Below are positions 53,909-64,000 of a stretch of 64,000 nt of DNA, in pieces; positions within the stretch are counted from its first letter, which is position 1; the number at the start of each line of letters is the position of its first letter. This stretch comes from Selaginella moellendorffii (Eukaryota > Plantae > Lycopodiophyta). A program made the position numbers and the translations under genes. The notes under the pieces are model-generated. The model worked only from the letters and a program-made list of their open reading frames with translations, made no database searches and was not told the origin of the DNA. The stretch spans positions 32,800 to 96,799 of the forward strand of contig NW_003314310.1 of assembly GCF_000143415.4 (NCBI RefSeq), given 5' to 3'.

Positions 53909-54450
53909 TTTCTGCATGGCAGAACTCTATGTACTTATGCAAAGTTCAATTAAAAGTATCAATTTGAGAAGTTGAGCAATGGCATATGTTGGGACCCGAA
54001 GGCGCGCCGAAGGTAAGCTAATTAGCATGGGTTAGCTAGGTCGACCAGGCGTAGGGAGCTACGCCCGACTCCCTGTGGGGATGTCGAAACCGTAGACGTA
54101 TTCTACGGAGGTTGGGTTCGAGTCCCGACCCCCTAGTAAAGCAAGGCTGGGTTCAAGTCCCGACCCCATACTAGGGCGTGGTGAGGGGAGGAGTATAGGG
54201 ACACCTATATTCCGTTGTCATGAGCTCTTGGCCGGGGAGGCTAACTTAGGCACACCGCTAAGTGGGGGGATGCCCCCGGAGACATGGTCAACAAGTCGTA
54301 GGATAAAAAAGAGACGTTCGATGTGGGCATCGAACTTCTTCTATGGGTGGTGGAGTTGTAAGGAACCAACTCGCCGAGGTGTCGTAGGCTAAGGGAACCC
54401 CGAAAGCATGACCAAAATGACAAAGAGTTCATCGGATGGGACCAAGTCAA

Positions 54451-54714
54451 AGATCGAGTCCAAGACCGACTCTAGGACCGAGTTCGAGATAGAGTCCGGA
54501 ATCGAGTCCAAGACCGACTCGGGGACCAAGTTCGAGTCCGAGTTCGAGACCGAGTTCGAGACGGAGTCCGAGATCCGAAATCGGGTCCGAGACCGAGTCC
54601 GAAGTCGAGTCCGAGGTCGGGCCCGAGATCGGGTCCGAGATCGAGTCCGCGATCGAGTCCGAGACCGAATCCGAAGTCGGATCCGAAATCGGATCCGAGA
54701 TCGAGCCAGAGACT
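54451..54714. repeat. Tandem array of 6/12-bp units (GATCGAGTCCGA-like) inside the chromovirus LTR
   Basis: Read directly. Confidence 0.9.
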
Positions 54715-56420
54715 AAGTCCAAATACTAATACGGGTCAAGGGGTGAAAGCCCAAAGCGTGCGTCCCCCAGGGGGGGGGGGCTGCAGGGGGTTCCAAAAGT
54801 ATAGTAGGGATAGTGAGGTCCAGGAACCAGTTTTGAAGGGACTCTCCAGTTGGGCTTCCAAACCGACTTGAGGTTGGGACTGGGACTAAGGGGCCTTGGG
54901 TGGGAGTGAACATGGACTTGGCTGGTGCCGGAGGGGCCATCCAAGGAAGTGCTCAAGAGCAGCTCCCACTCCCGAAAGGGAAACCGATTGCGGTGCTCCC
55001 GGCTCATGTGGAGTGGTGCCCCACTTGAGTACCATGCGGCTCATTGGTCCTCGCCCTGCCTAGGGGCTTGGGCCTTCCTTCGGGATGGAAGTGGGGGGCG
55101 AGAGGTACCCATACCGGGCCGTTAGGCCACGGTGTTTCGCCCCGGCGTCCCGAAGCAAGTGTTGCACTCAAGACTTGGGATTTAGAGGGTCCCATGATCA
55201 AGTCTTGTGGTACCAAGGGATGTTAGGAACCTGGAAGCTTGGTGTGCTTGGCTGCTTGTGCTTGCGGGGAGTGTAGCCGAACCTTAAGTCTAGTCTAACC
55301 CGGGGAGGGGGATTGAGAGTGATTTGGGAATCCGTGGAAGGATGGCTAACACTCCGTTGCTCGTGCAGTGAGTAGCTGAAACCAAGTAGGAGCTGGTACC
55401 ATAGGCGAGAACCTTGGCAAGGGAACTTAGCAAAAGCCAAGGCAGTGTTGGACGGATAGACGAGGTAAGCTGGCAAATTGGAAAGGAAAAATTTGTGGCT
55501 TACAGTCAAGCCAGAGGCTGTAGTGATGAACCGGACTGCTAGGTCAAGTGAAATCCTCATCATCGATAACTCGCCGATTAAAACTGCAGCGAACACGCAC
55601 ACATATGCAGTGCACCCCATCTCTTGCAGTATGGAAACTAGGGAGAAGAAACCGTATGTTCTGGGGGACCTTGCAAAACGGCTTGAAGCGATGGTGATAG
55701 AGAACCGGCCAGTCCAGGAGGTGGCTGCAGAAATCAACCAAATGGCAGATGGAACGGTATATCAGAAGCCATTTGATCGGACAGACACCAATTATCATTT
55801 ATGGCATGTATATTGTCTAGCCAAACACTATCCGCATCTCCATAATCTGCTCAACCGGATGGGTTCTTCGACCACTGAACATGAGCGTGGACGTATTAGA
55901 GAAGAGATGGCATTACTATTGGGTTTAAATCCTGATAGTGTGGAGAGTGATGAAATTCCAAGATTATTGTATAGGCATTGGAGGCAAAAAATAACAGTCT
56001 AAGATGGCATGTATTTATTTAAAAATGTAACTTATTATGGCATGGGGTTCCATGCCATTGTATTAATATTAAAAGACAATTCTTTGAGAGGATTTGCATT
56101 ATACTAGAAGTGTTACAGCATGTTATTGGAAGTCTACGAAGTTGTTTTATTAATAAGGGGAAAGTAAAGATTGAATGGGGACTTGGGCTCCACCTAGACT
56201 CGGAGCAACTGAGCCAATATTAAAAGGATGGAAAGAAATTGGACGACGATGACAAGGAGAAGAGAGAGGTGAAGCAATGGCAGGGGGAGGAGAAGTGATT
56301 GAGTAGACATTTCCTTGTTTAAAATAAAATGGCATGTGCCTCAATGCAGTTGAATTTTGTTATATTTATATACTATATAAAGGTTTGGAAACCTTATTTT
56401 ACAAGTGGGATAATGACAAT

Positions 56421-56442
56421 TCCCACTTTAACGAAATAGAGC
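56421..56442 (-). repeat. Right terminal inverted repeat of copy 2
   Basis: TCCCACTTTAACGAAATAGAGC. Confidence 0.92.
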
Positions 56443-57891
56443 TTATGATAGGAATAGTAAAACTCACCCTAATTGGCCCACATCACCGGCAGATATTCTG
56501 CCATGTGGCCAATTGCAAGGCAAACTCTTCCAAGAATGCAAAAGCACAAAGCCCATAAAAGTGCTCAGAAACCTAAGGACCCAATAAGCCCTTTAGTTTG
56601 ACGCACATATATTTCCTAACCGTTAACCTCCCCACAACAAGGTTCAAGAAACTTTGCTTACTAGAAGCTTTTCCCAACTAAGAAAAGGTGGCACCTTGTT
56701 CCTAGCTCCCAAGATCCAATTAAGTTTGCAACTATCTTTCAGCAACTTTGATCAAGTATGGTCTTTGCTAAAATTGAGGCCAAAAGGTACTATATTGATA
56801 AATTCCATTGCACTATGCCCAATAGAAAATTTAGCATGCTGCAAGAGAAACAAAAAAGGATTCTTCCATTAAGATCACTCTAAAGACACTTTTAAATGCC
56901 TTTAAACACTATTAATCACTTCAAAAAAAGAGTGATGCCTAACCTAGCTGCCCTCCTTTTTATAACTAGACCTCCCACCAATTTCTTCCATTATGCTTTA
57001 GTATAAATTTTCCTCCCATGACTCCAAGGAAATATTTGTGCATCTTCACATCAAACCTTAGAAGCCATATATGGGTTTAGATGGCACAAACTGATTTCAA
57101 AACTCTAATATTCTGAACCATGACTTGCATCATCCCATGCCGATAGATGGGTATTTTCAGCCTCTAAAGGCAAATAGAGGGAGTCAAGAAGCAAACATCT
57201 GAGGCTGAGGAGCAGCTGAAGGCAACAAATGATGCTGTGGACAAGTGGTATTGGCGGAAAAAGGAGAGGAAAACAGGAGGACCTATCTTGCTTAAGGGTA
57301 AGCATTGGATTTGGTCTTGACTCGTTCTTCGCTAACAAATTTTGTTTCTGTAGGTCTCCAGACTGATTCTGAAGTGTTGTTCATTGGTCTCCTTGCCTTT
57401 TTATGTGTTCTTGATCAAGCAGATGTGCAAGGTATCTTGGACCAAATACATAGAACAGATCGAGAACTTCTTGAGCCAATTAATTTTAAGGCCAGCTATC
57501 TAGATGTTTGCAAAGGGACGGTTCCCCAAGCTCCTGACAGTCGTAAACCTTGCCTTCTCTAGCATTGCCTCGAGGAGCCTTTTCAGGCCTCCAAATACAT
57601 TCTGGATCAAGTGGATATAGCCCGTCCTGGCCTGGTGGTCCTTTTCGATGTTTCCAGCTCTGGAAAGACTCGAACTCTAATGAGATTGCATGGACCATTT
57701 GACTCTGTATTTTGTTGGTGTTCCTATGGGATGGATTGGATCGGAGGGCACTGAGATTTGGATGCACTGGTTAGTCGGCTAATGGTTCTGTATCCAGGAG
57801 ACCAGTCAATTCCGATGTGCGTGATGCGGTGCTGCCTCAAAGCAGTTCTCCTCAGCAGATTCTTCATCCTAGACACGTTGAAGGAGGTAGC

Positions 57892-58483
57892 TGTTATGAT
57901 CCGGCACAAAAAGACAAAGATCTAGTTGCCCTAGACTATGCTACGCCACCTCTTGAGGTTCCTCACCACCCAACCACCCCCGAGCTACCTCAAAAGCTCC
58001 ACTGCGCCGCCGCTCCACTGTGAGCCCTAGGGTAGGTTAAGTCCCTTACCCTAACATGCCTTAATATACCCTTGAGCCTCCGATACCAATGTTAGGATCC
58101 TATCCCTTACACCCTAAGCCAACTGGCTAAAGGGGTGATCACTTGATTGTAGGGCCCTTTTCTTATCCTAATATCCTGACCTGGTGCCTAACAATCCTCC
58201 CCCTCGTGAGGGAATGATCGTCCGCGATCATACTTAGGCCATCCTCCAGTCACCATGGTCCTTCTCTTAGGGTCTACCAAACTTTGGTTCTCCCTCTAGA
58301 TTCACCATGTTGAATATTCCTTTAGAATATTCCTGCCCCACTCGTCAGCCACGAGAATCGAACTGGGCTCCGATACCAATGTTAGAATCCTATCCCTTAC
58401 ACCCTAAGCCAACTGGCTAAAGGGGTGATCACTTGATTGTAGGGCCCTTTTCTTATCCTATTATCCTGACCTGGTGCCTAACA
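57892..58483 (-). mobile_element. Composite insertion: family-D LTR piece (57892-58080) fused to a complete family-C TRIM (58090-58483)
   Basis: One TSD, GTAGC (57887-91 / 58484-88), flanks the whole unit. Confidence 0.88.
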
Positions 58484-59399
58484 GTAGCAGAAGTACTGGT
58501 TGTTTAAGCAGGTTGGATTTGCGTTACTAGACCCTTTCTACGTTCTTGAGTTAGTATCCAGTGACTGTGGGAGCGAAGAGGTAGTTAATCATTTGATCAA
58601 GACACAAAAGTGAGACTGGAGGGGGCCGATTATACTCGACGAATGCCAGGTGGTGCAGGACACCTTGGTGAACAAGTTTGATTCACCTACAGCTGGGTCA
58701 AGAACAAGATCTCTTTTGGAGCGTTCTTTCGATGCTGGGGTTTGCACAAGCACGTTCTACTATTCTGGTACATGAAGTATGGTTTCTGTTGCACGCAACA
58801 TTTCTGCTACACTCAAACAGAGACTTTCAGTTGCAGTGTTCTGTCACTTTTGGGGATTTTATGAGGAGCCCGACCTGAAGGATTATGCTAGTCGGATCTC
58901 AAAGATACATCACGGCATAGGTTTTTCATTTCAGCATTAGAATCGTTTATTTCTGAAAAGTTACCAAAGCAACTGCTTACGCCAACAAGGTTTCTATGGC
59001 AGTTAACACTTTGGGACAGAATTCGCCCTTAATTGACAAAAAAAGTGTGGACTTTTTTTAGGAAGAATCCCGAAAACTAAACTCTTTCATCAATTCTATG
59101 GATTGAATGCCGCCGTCAAGAACCCCAGGAGTTTAATTCAATACGGACTAGCAAGGTTGGATGGCCGTGGGACACTTTAAATGCAAGATTTGGATTCTTC
59201 GAAGGAAGGATTAGACAGTTCTTCTACATATTGAGAAGCCTCTTGTTCTCCATTCTTTGTGGCACTATTTAACAGTTGGCGGACCAGCAGGCTAATAGAG
59301 TATAACTGATACTACTTATGGTTATAAACCAAGTCAAGTAGCAGCAGAATTGGGCATGGATATGAAATGATTGCAGTGGAGATGATTGCAAAACCAATG

Positions 59400-60284
59400 G
59401 ACGGTTTGGTATGGGTACCCTTACTCCCCCACTTCCATCCTGAAAGAAAGGCATAAGAAGTGAAGACCAATGAGCCATAAGGTACTCAAGTGGGCACCAC
59501 TCCACATGAGCCGGGAGCACTGTAGTTGATTTCCTTTTCGATAGTGAGAACTGTTTTTGAGGAATTCCTTGGGTGGCTCTTTTAGCACCACCCAAGTTTA
59601 TGCTCACTCCCACCTAACGCTACTAAGCACCAATCTCAACCTCAAGTCGGTTTAGAAGCACTATTGAAGAGTTTCTTCAAAACTAGTTCCTAAACCTCAC
59701 TATCCTTAGTATACTTTTGGAACCCCTCCGCTCGCCCCCTCAGGACACATGCTTTGGGCTTTCACCCCACAATTTATATTAGTATTTATACTCAATCTTG
59801 GAGTCAATCGCAGACTTGGCCTTGGACTTGACATCCCCCTTAGGGAGTCGGGTGCAGCTCCCTATGCCCAGTTGACCCAGTTAAACCCATGCTAATTAGT
59901 TTACTTTTGGCGCGCCTTCGGGTCCCAACATATGACATTGCTCAGTTTCATAAATGGATACTTTAATTGAACTTTGTATAAATACATAAAGTTTTACCTT
60001 GCAAAAATTCTTCCACTAGACCTCGTGTGTTTGCTAAATTCTCCTTCGGTTCCCATGTTACTTCGTAGTGTGGAAATCCTTTCCACTTCACATGGCACTC
60101 CCTCACCTCATGTCCTTATCGCTTGCTCTTGCGCGCATTGAAGATGGCCTCAACTTTGTATTCCTTTTCCCCTTGGATAACCTCAGGTAAAGGTCTTACT
60201 TGGTCCTTGCGATGTAGATTCTCAAAGTATAGCTTGAGTAAGTTCATGTGGAACATAGGGTGCATCTTCCCCATCTCCCGAGGA
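59400..60284 (-). mobile_element. Diverged fragment of the same chromovirus family (chromodomain, 3' UTR, LTR pieces)
   Basis: Inverted homology to 53630-54090 and 54710-55120. Confidence 0.8.
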
Positions 60285-60767
60285 CTTCACAAAAAGCCTC
60301 AGTGCTCATCTTTTATCATTTATGGTGAGGATGTTTTCCAACTGACACTACACTGGGGCTTCCCTCAGCCACAAGCTTCTCTAGTAGAGACTTTTTTCTA
60401 CTCCTCTTGCTTCCACTAATCCTCCTCTTCTGACATGGTATCTTGCTCACTACATCCCTTGTTATCACCATGCTGCATCTTCAACCCTCACAAGGTGATT
60501 TGCCTTAGTTGTTTCCTGTGTATGCCCCTCAACATCAAAACACTCACAAAACTCCACTACTTGATAATTTGGCAATTGGTTTGACTTTCTCTGCTGTAGT
60601 AGCTTCTTCAACCCTAGAATTACTTCTTGAGTTGTCAGTCCATCACCATAGATGGACCAAGCTACACCACCAAGAGTTCGTTCTAGGTTCTTGTTTGCAG
60701 TTCCAGCAGCAGTCTCTAGCTGTTTAAGCACCACTCACCAAACTTCCTCTTAAACCAGTTGAGTTTT

Positions 60768-60962
60768 TGTAAGCTCCTGAGTTTGGACTTCCCGGGAGGT
60801 CACCCAGCCCAGTACCATTCAAACCCAAGGACGCTTAACTCCAACTATCCCAAGACCCTTAACCGATTGGAAAAGGGGGTGCACTCTTATTCATGGGCCC
60901 TTTCCCTCTATATTTGAAACCCTATGGATCATCTCTCGAGTCGTTCCCTTTGGTTGCTTACA
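60768..60962 (-). mobile_element. Cassandra-type TRIM solo LTR with 5S rRNA-derived segment
   Basis: Minus strand reads AGTTAAGCGTCCTTGGG...GTACTGGGCTGGGTGACCTCCCGGGAAGTCC. TGTAAG...CTTACA ends; near-TSD GTTTT/GTTTC. Confidence 0.9.
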
Positions 60963-61338
60963 GTTTCATTTTCAACCCATCAGAACTCTTCCTGATTTAA
61001 GTTCCACAAAACTCTAGCCAAATTGGGTGATATTGCACTCCCTGCCCAAAGTAGAGTGCAATAAGCAAACCAGCCATTAGAATTTCTTAGCAATAAACAA
61101 TGTTGCAAGCTCTCCTTCGGCTGTCCATCACCTTTAAAGGTCAATTGAGACAGTCAAGTCTCAACCCTAGGGCATTTTAAGGTAGAATCCTACAATAATG
61201 CTACTTCAGGAGAGTAGGCAAATGTGGAAGCCCATTGGCAGGTATAGTGAGTATTCTAGAATGGTGATGGAAATCAACATCAATCACGAAAGATAGTTAA
61301 AGAAAAGAAAGATGTACTTTGGCAATCTCCCCACTAGG

Positions 61339-61827
61339 TGTTATGATCTGGCGCAAAAAGACAGAGATCTAGTCACCCTAGACTATGATATGCCATCTCT
61401 TGAGGTTCCTCACCACCCAACCACCCCCGAGCTACCTCAAAAAGCTTTATTACACCACTGCTCCCCTGTGAGCCTTAAGGTTCAGTCCCTTACCCTAATA
61501 TGCCTTAATATACCCTTGATCCTCCTTTTGACCATTGTTGACCACGTGGTCAAAGCTAGTGCCTAACAATTCTTCCCCCCCACCAAAGTTCTTGTCCCAA
61601 GGATGAGTTATATTGGAGATCACCCTTTCTAAGGAACCCTGCTCAAGCTTCTGGGCCATCTTCCACAGCCGTATACATCAAGGAGGCATTGGGCCCATCA
61701 CTCCAAGATAGTACACCTTTCAATTGGCTGACATAAAATATCAGATGAATTTTCACCCCAGCTGGCAGCCGCACTCGATAAGCCACTTTACCAATGCGCT
61801 CTAGCACTTCATATGGACTAGCATATC
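61339..61827 (-). mobile_element. 3' end of family-D gypsy (LTR 61339-61568, PPT, integrase GPY/F tail)
   Basis: Minus strand encodes [21 protein letters not shown]; a purine tract abuts the LTR. Confidence 0.8.
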
Positions 61828-62160
61828 TGTTAGGATCCTATCCCTTACACCCTAAGCCAACTGGCTAAAGGGGTGATCACTTGATTGTAGGGCCCTTTTC
61901 TTATCCTATTATCCTGACCTGGTGCCTAACAATCCTCCCCCTCGTGAGGGAATGATCGTCCGCGATCATACTTAGGCCATCCTCCAATCACCATGGTCCT
62001 TCTCTTAGGGTCTACCGAACTTTGGTTCTCCCTCTAGATTCACCATGTTGAATATTCTGTAGAATATTCCCGCCCCACTCGTCAGCCACGAGAATCGAAC
62101 TGGGCTCCGATACCAATGTTAGGATTCTCGTGGCTGACGAGTGGGGCAGGAATATTCTAC
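61828..62160 (-). mobile_element. Family-C TRIM with its second LTR replaced by a fold-back
   Basis: Matches 58090-58390; 62123-62160 is the reverse complement of 62059-62096. Confidence 0.85.
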
Positions 62161-64000
62161 CGCGCTTTGAACAAGAAGACAGTGAAGGATAAGATGCCGA
62201 TGCCACGTGTAGATGATATCCTAGACAAGCTTGGTGAAGCACGAGTGTTTACCAAGATTGATCTGAGGAGTGGATATCATCAGATTGCAATGGATGATGC
62301 ATCTATCTCTAAGACAGCATTCTATACAAGCTTCGAACATTTTGAGTTTACAGTTATGCCGTTTGGTTTGACGAATGTACCGGCCACATTTACTNNNNNN
62401 NNNNNNNNNNNNNNNNNNNNNNNNNNNNNNNNNNNNNNNNNNNNNNNNNNNNNNNNNNNNNNNNNNNNNNNNNNNNNNNNNNNNNNNNNNNNNNNNNNNN
62501 NNNNNNNNNNNNNNNNNNNNNNNNNNNNNNNNNNNNNNNNNNNNNNNNNNNNNNNNNNNNNNNNNNNNNNNNNNNNNNNNNNNNNNNNNNNNNNNNNNNN
62601 NNNNNNNNNNNNNNNNNNNNNNNNNNNNNNNNNNNNNNNNNNNNNNNNNNNNNNNNNNNNNNNNNNNNNNNNNNNNNNNNNNNNNNNNNNNNNNNNNNNN
62701 NNNNNNNNNNNNNNNNGTTTCCAGCATAAGTTTGCAGAGGTGGCTATTCCTTTGATCCGGTTGTTACGTAAGAATGTGCCATTCGAGTGGAAGACGCCAC
62801 AAGAGGAGAATTTTGTGGCGCTGAAACGATTGTTGAGCGAGGCTCCAGTGCTTCGCATTGCTGATCCATCGAAACCTTACAAGGTGACATGCGATGCGAG
62901 TGGTTATGCACTGGGAGGAGTTCTCATGCAAGAGGGACAGCCTATTGCATATGAGAGTCGAACTTTGAATTCCGCGGAGCTAGCATATTCCACATATGAG
63001 CAAGAGTTCTATTGTTCATGCTTTGCGGACGTGGCGGCACTATCTTTATGGTGCAGTGTTCGTGGTGTTGACAGATCACAAACCACTTGTGTATCTTTTC
63101 ACACAGAAGGAGTTGAACACTAGGCAAGCTCGTTGGATGGTCAAACTCATGGAGTTTGGGGAGTTTTCTATTGAGCATCGTCCGGGAAAATCAAATGTGG
63201 TGGCGGATGCTTTATCTCGTGTTCGTCATGTGACGACGTTACAAACACGATTTTGTCATCATTTGAGTAAGGTGGTCAGCGAGTTTGGGCAATTGGCTGA
63301 GCATGCTCAGGCTCAGGATGCTGAGGTGGCCTCTTTGCGAGACCAGATGGAAGCTCCTTTCTCATTGGTGGATGGGATTCTCTACTACAATGGCCGTGTC
63401 TATTTGCCACGGGTGGATGCGTTAATTACTCAAGTTTTATTCCACTATCATGATCGTCCAGAGGCCGGTCATTTTGGGGGGAAGAAGACGTATGAGTTGA
63501 TTAAGCGCAACTTTTATTGGAGGAATATGAAGGCTGATATCCTCAAGTATTGTAAATCATGCGAGCTTTGTCAGCGGGTTAAGGTGCCACGGGAGAAGCC
63601 GGGGGGACTTTTGCAACCTTTACCTATTCCTCAGAGCTGTTGGTGTAGTATCTCTATGGACTTCATCACTTGTTTGCCACGAACACAGAGGCAAAAGGAG
63701 CAAGTATGGGTCATAGTGGATCGGTTGACGAAGTATGTGCGGTTGTTGGCTCTTCGGAAGACTGTTACTACCTCAGACTTGGCTGCGGTTTACTTGGAGA
63801 AGGTTTTTCTTGATTTTGGTTTGCCGGAGGACATCATTAGTGATTGGGATTCAAAGTTCACCAGTGGATTTTGGAAAAGCTTTGCAAAGGCTATGCAAGT
63901 GACTTTGAAACTCTCGAGTGGAGATCATCCTCAGACGGATGGGCAAACTGAGCGTGTGAATCAGGTGGTGGAGGATATGCTATGTTGTAGCATTGGTCAA
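62158..64000 (+). pseudogene. pol: Ty3/gypsy pol fragment (RT, RNase H, integrase) with assembly gap 62395-62717
   Basis: [47 protein letters not shown]; stops and frameshifts present. Confidence 0.9.

Larger units (their letters stand above)
50846..55504 (+). mobile_element. 5'-truncated chromovirus (Ty3/gypsy) with 3' LTR ~54194-55504
   Basis: RT-RH-INT-chromodomain, PPT GTGAGGGGAGGAG, LTR ending GGCTTACA exactly where host homology resumes (55505 corresponds to 5679). Confidence 0.92.
47334..56002 (+). pseudogene. Cargo gene copy 2 (ParB-like / MTase-like / FCP1-like), interrupted by a gypsy insertion plus deletion
   Basis: Paralog of 586-6007. Its own lesions: TAA at ~47726, a 4-bp deletion at ~47975, TAG at ~48052, and an AG>AA acceptor change at ~50606. 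Sequence equivalent to 4102-5678 is missing. Confidence 0.8.
41047..56442. mobile_element. Large TIR DNA transposon (DUF7869/Sola1-like), copy 2; ~12.3 kb once the nested gypsy is removed and the deleted 1577 bp restored
   Basis: Exact 22-bp TIRs at 41047-41068 and 56421-56442. Both flanks belong to one repeat seen uninterrupted near 40180-40740. Encodes a DDD transposase. No clean TSD is visible. Confidence 0.88.

Noticed and set aside
54408-54722. RD/SE-rich ORFs on both strands
   Set aside because: Artefact of the 6/12-bp tandem array in the LTR.
1-56442. Segmental duplication or assembly duplication as the source of the two copies
   Set aside because: Similarity ends exactly at the TIR, and each copy has its own substitutions and indels.
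41041-56450. Target-site duplication for the TIR element
   Set aside because: The flanks CTGAAT and TTATGA do not match, so no TSD is claimed. The superfamily assignment rests on transposase motifs only.
60780-60845. 5S rRNA gene
   Set aside because: Only the 3' promoter portion is present, embedded in a TG...CA LTR with a near-TSD; it is a Cassandra-type element.

Overview
Eukaryotic, repeat-saturated plant DNA with no intact host gene. It is probably from a lycophyte such as Selaginella; this is inferred from the ~50-nt introns, a TatI-type domain order and Cassandra TRIMs. Most of the window is nested LTR-retroelement debris: Tat-like and chromovirus Ty3/gypsy, a LARD, TRIMs, 5S-bearing Cassandra LTRs and a decayed hAT transposase. 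The standout is a ~12.3-kb TIR DNA transposon present twice (1-6436, cut by the window edge, and 41047-56442, bounded by exact 22-bp TIRs). It carries a DUF7869/Sola1-like DDD transposase and, divergently, an 11-exon cargo gene. That gene reconstructs to ~1630 aa with a ParB/Srx-like domain, a degenerate N6/N4 DNA-methyltransferase-like fold and an FCP1/NIF-type HAD phosphatase. The element contains about 25 copies of a 22-bp palindrome (ATGGCRTG-N6-CAYGCCAT) in its introns, promoter, UTRs and disordered coding linkers; I did not see it outside the element. This suggests a transposon-encoded ParB/parS-like or VANC-like self-recognition system. Also notable: a chromovirus integrase interrupted by two spliceosomal introns, and two TSD-flanked retroelement insertions whose two ends come from different LTR families. 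Domain calls are by-eye motif recognition; no database searches were run.
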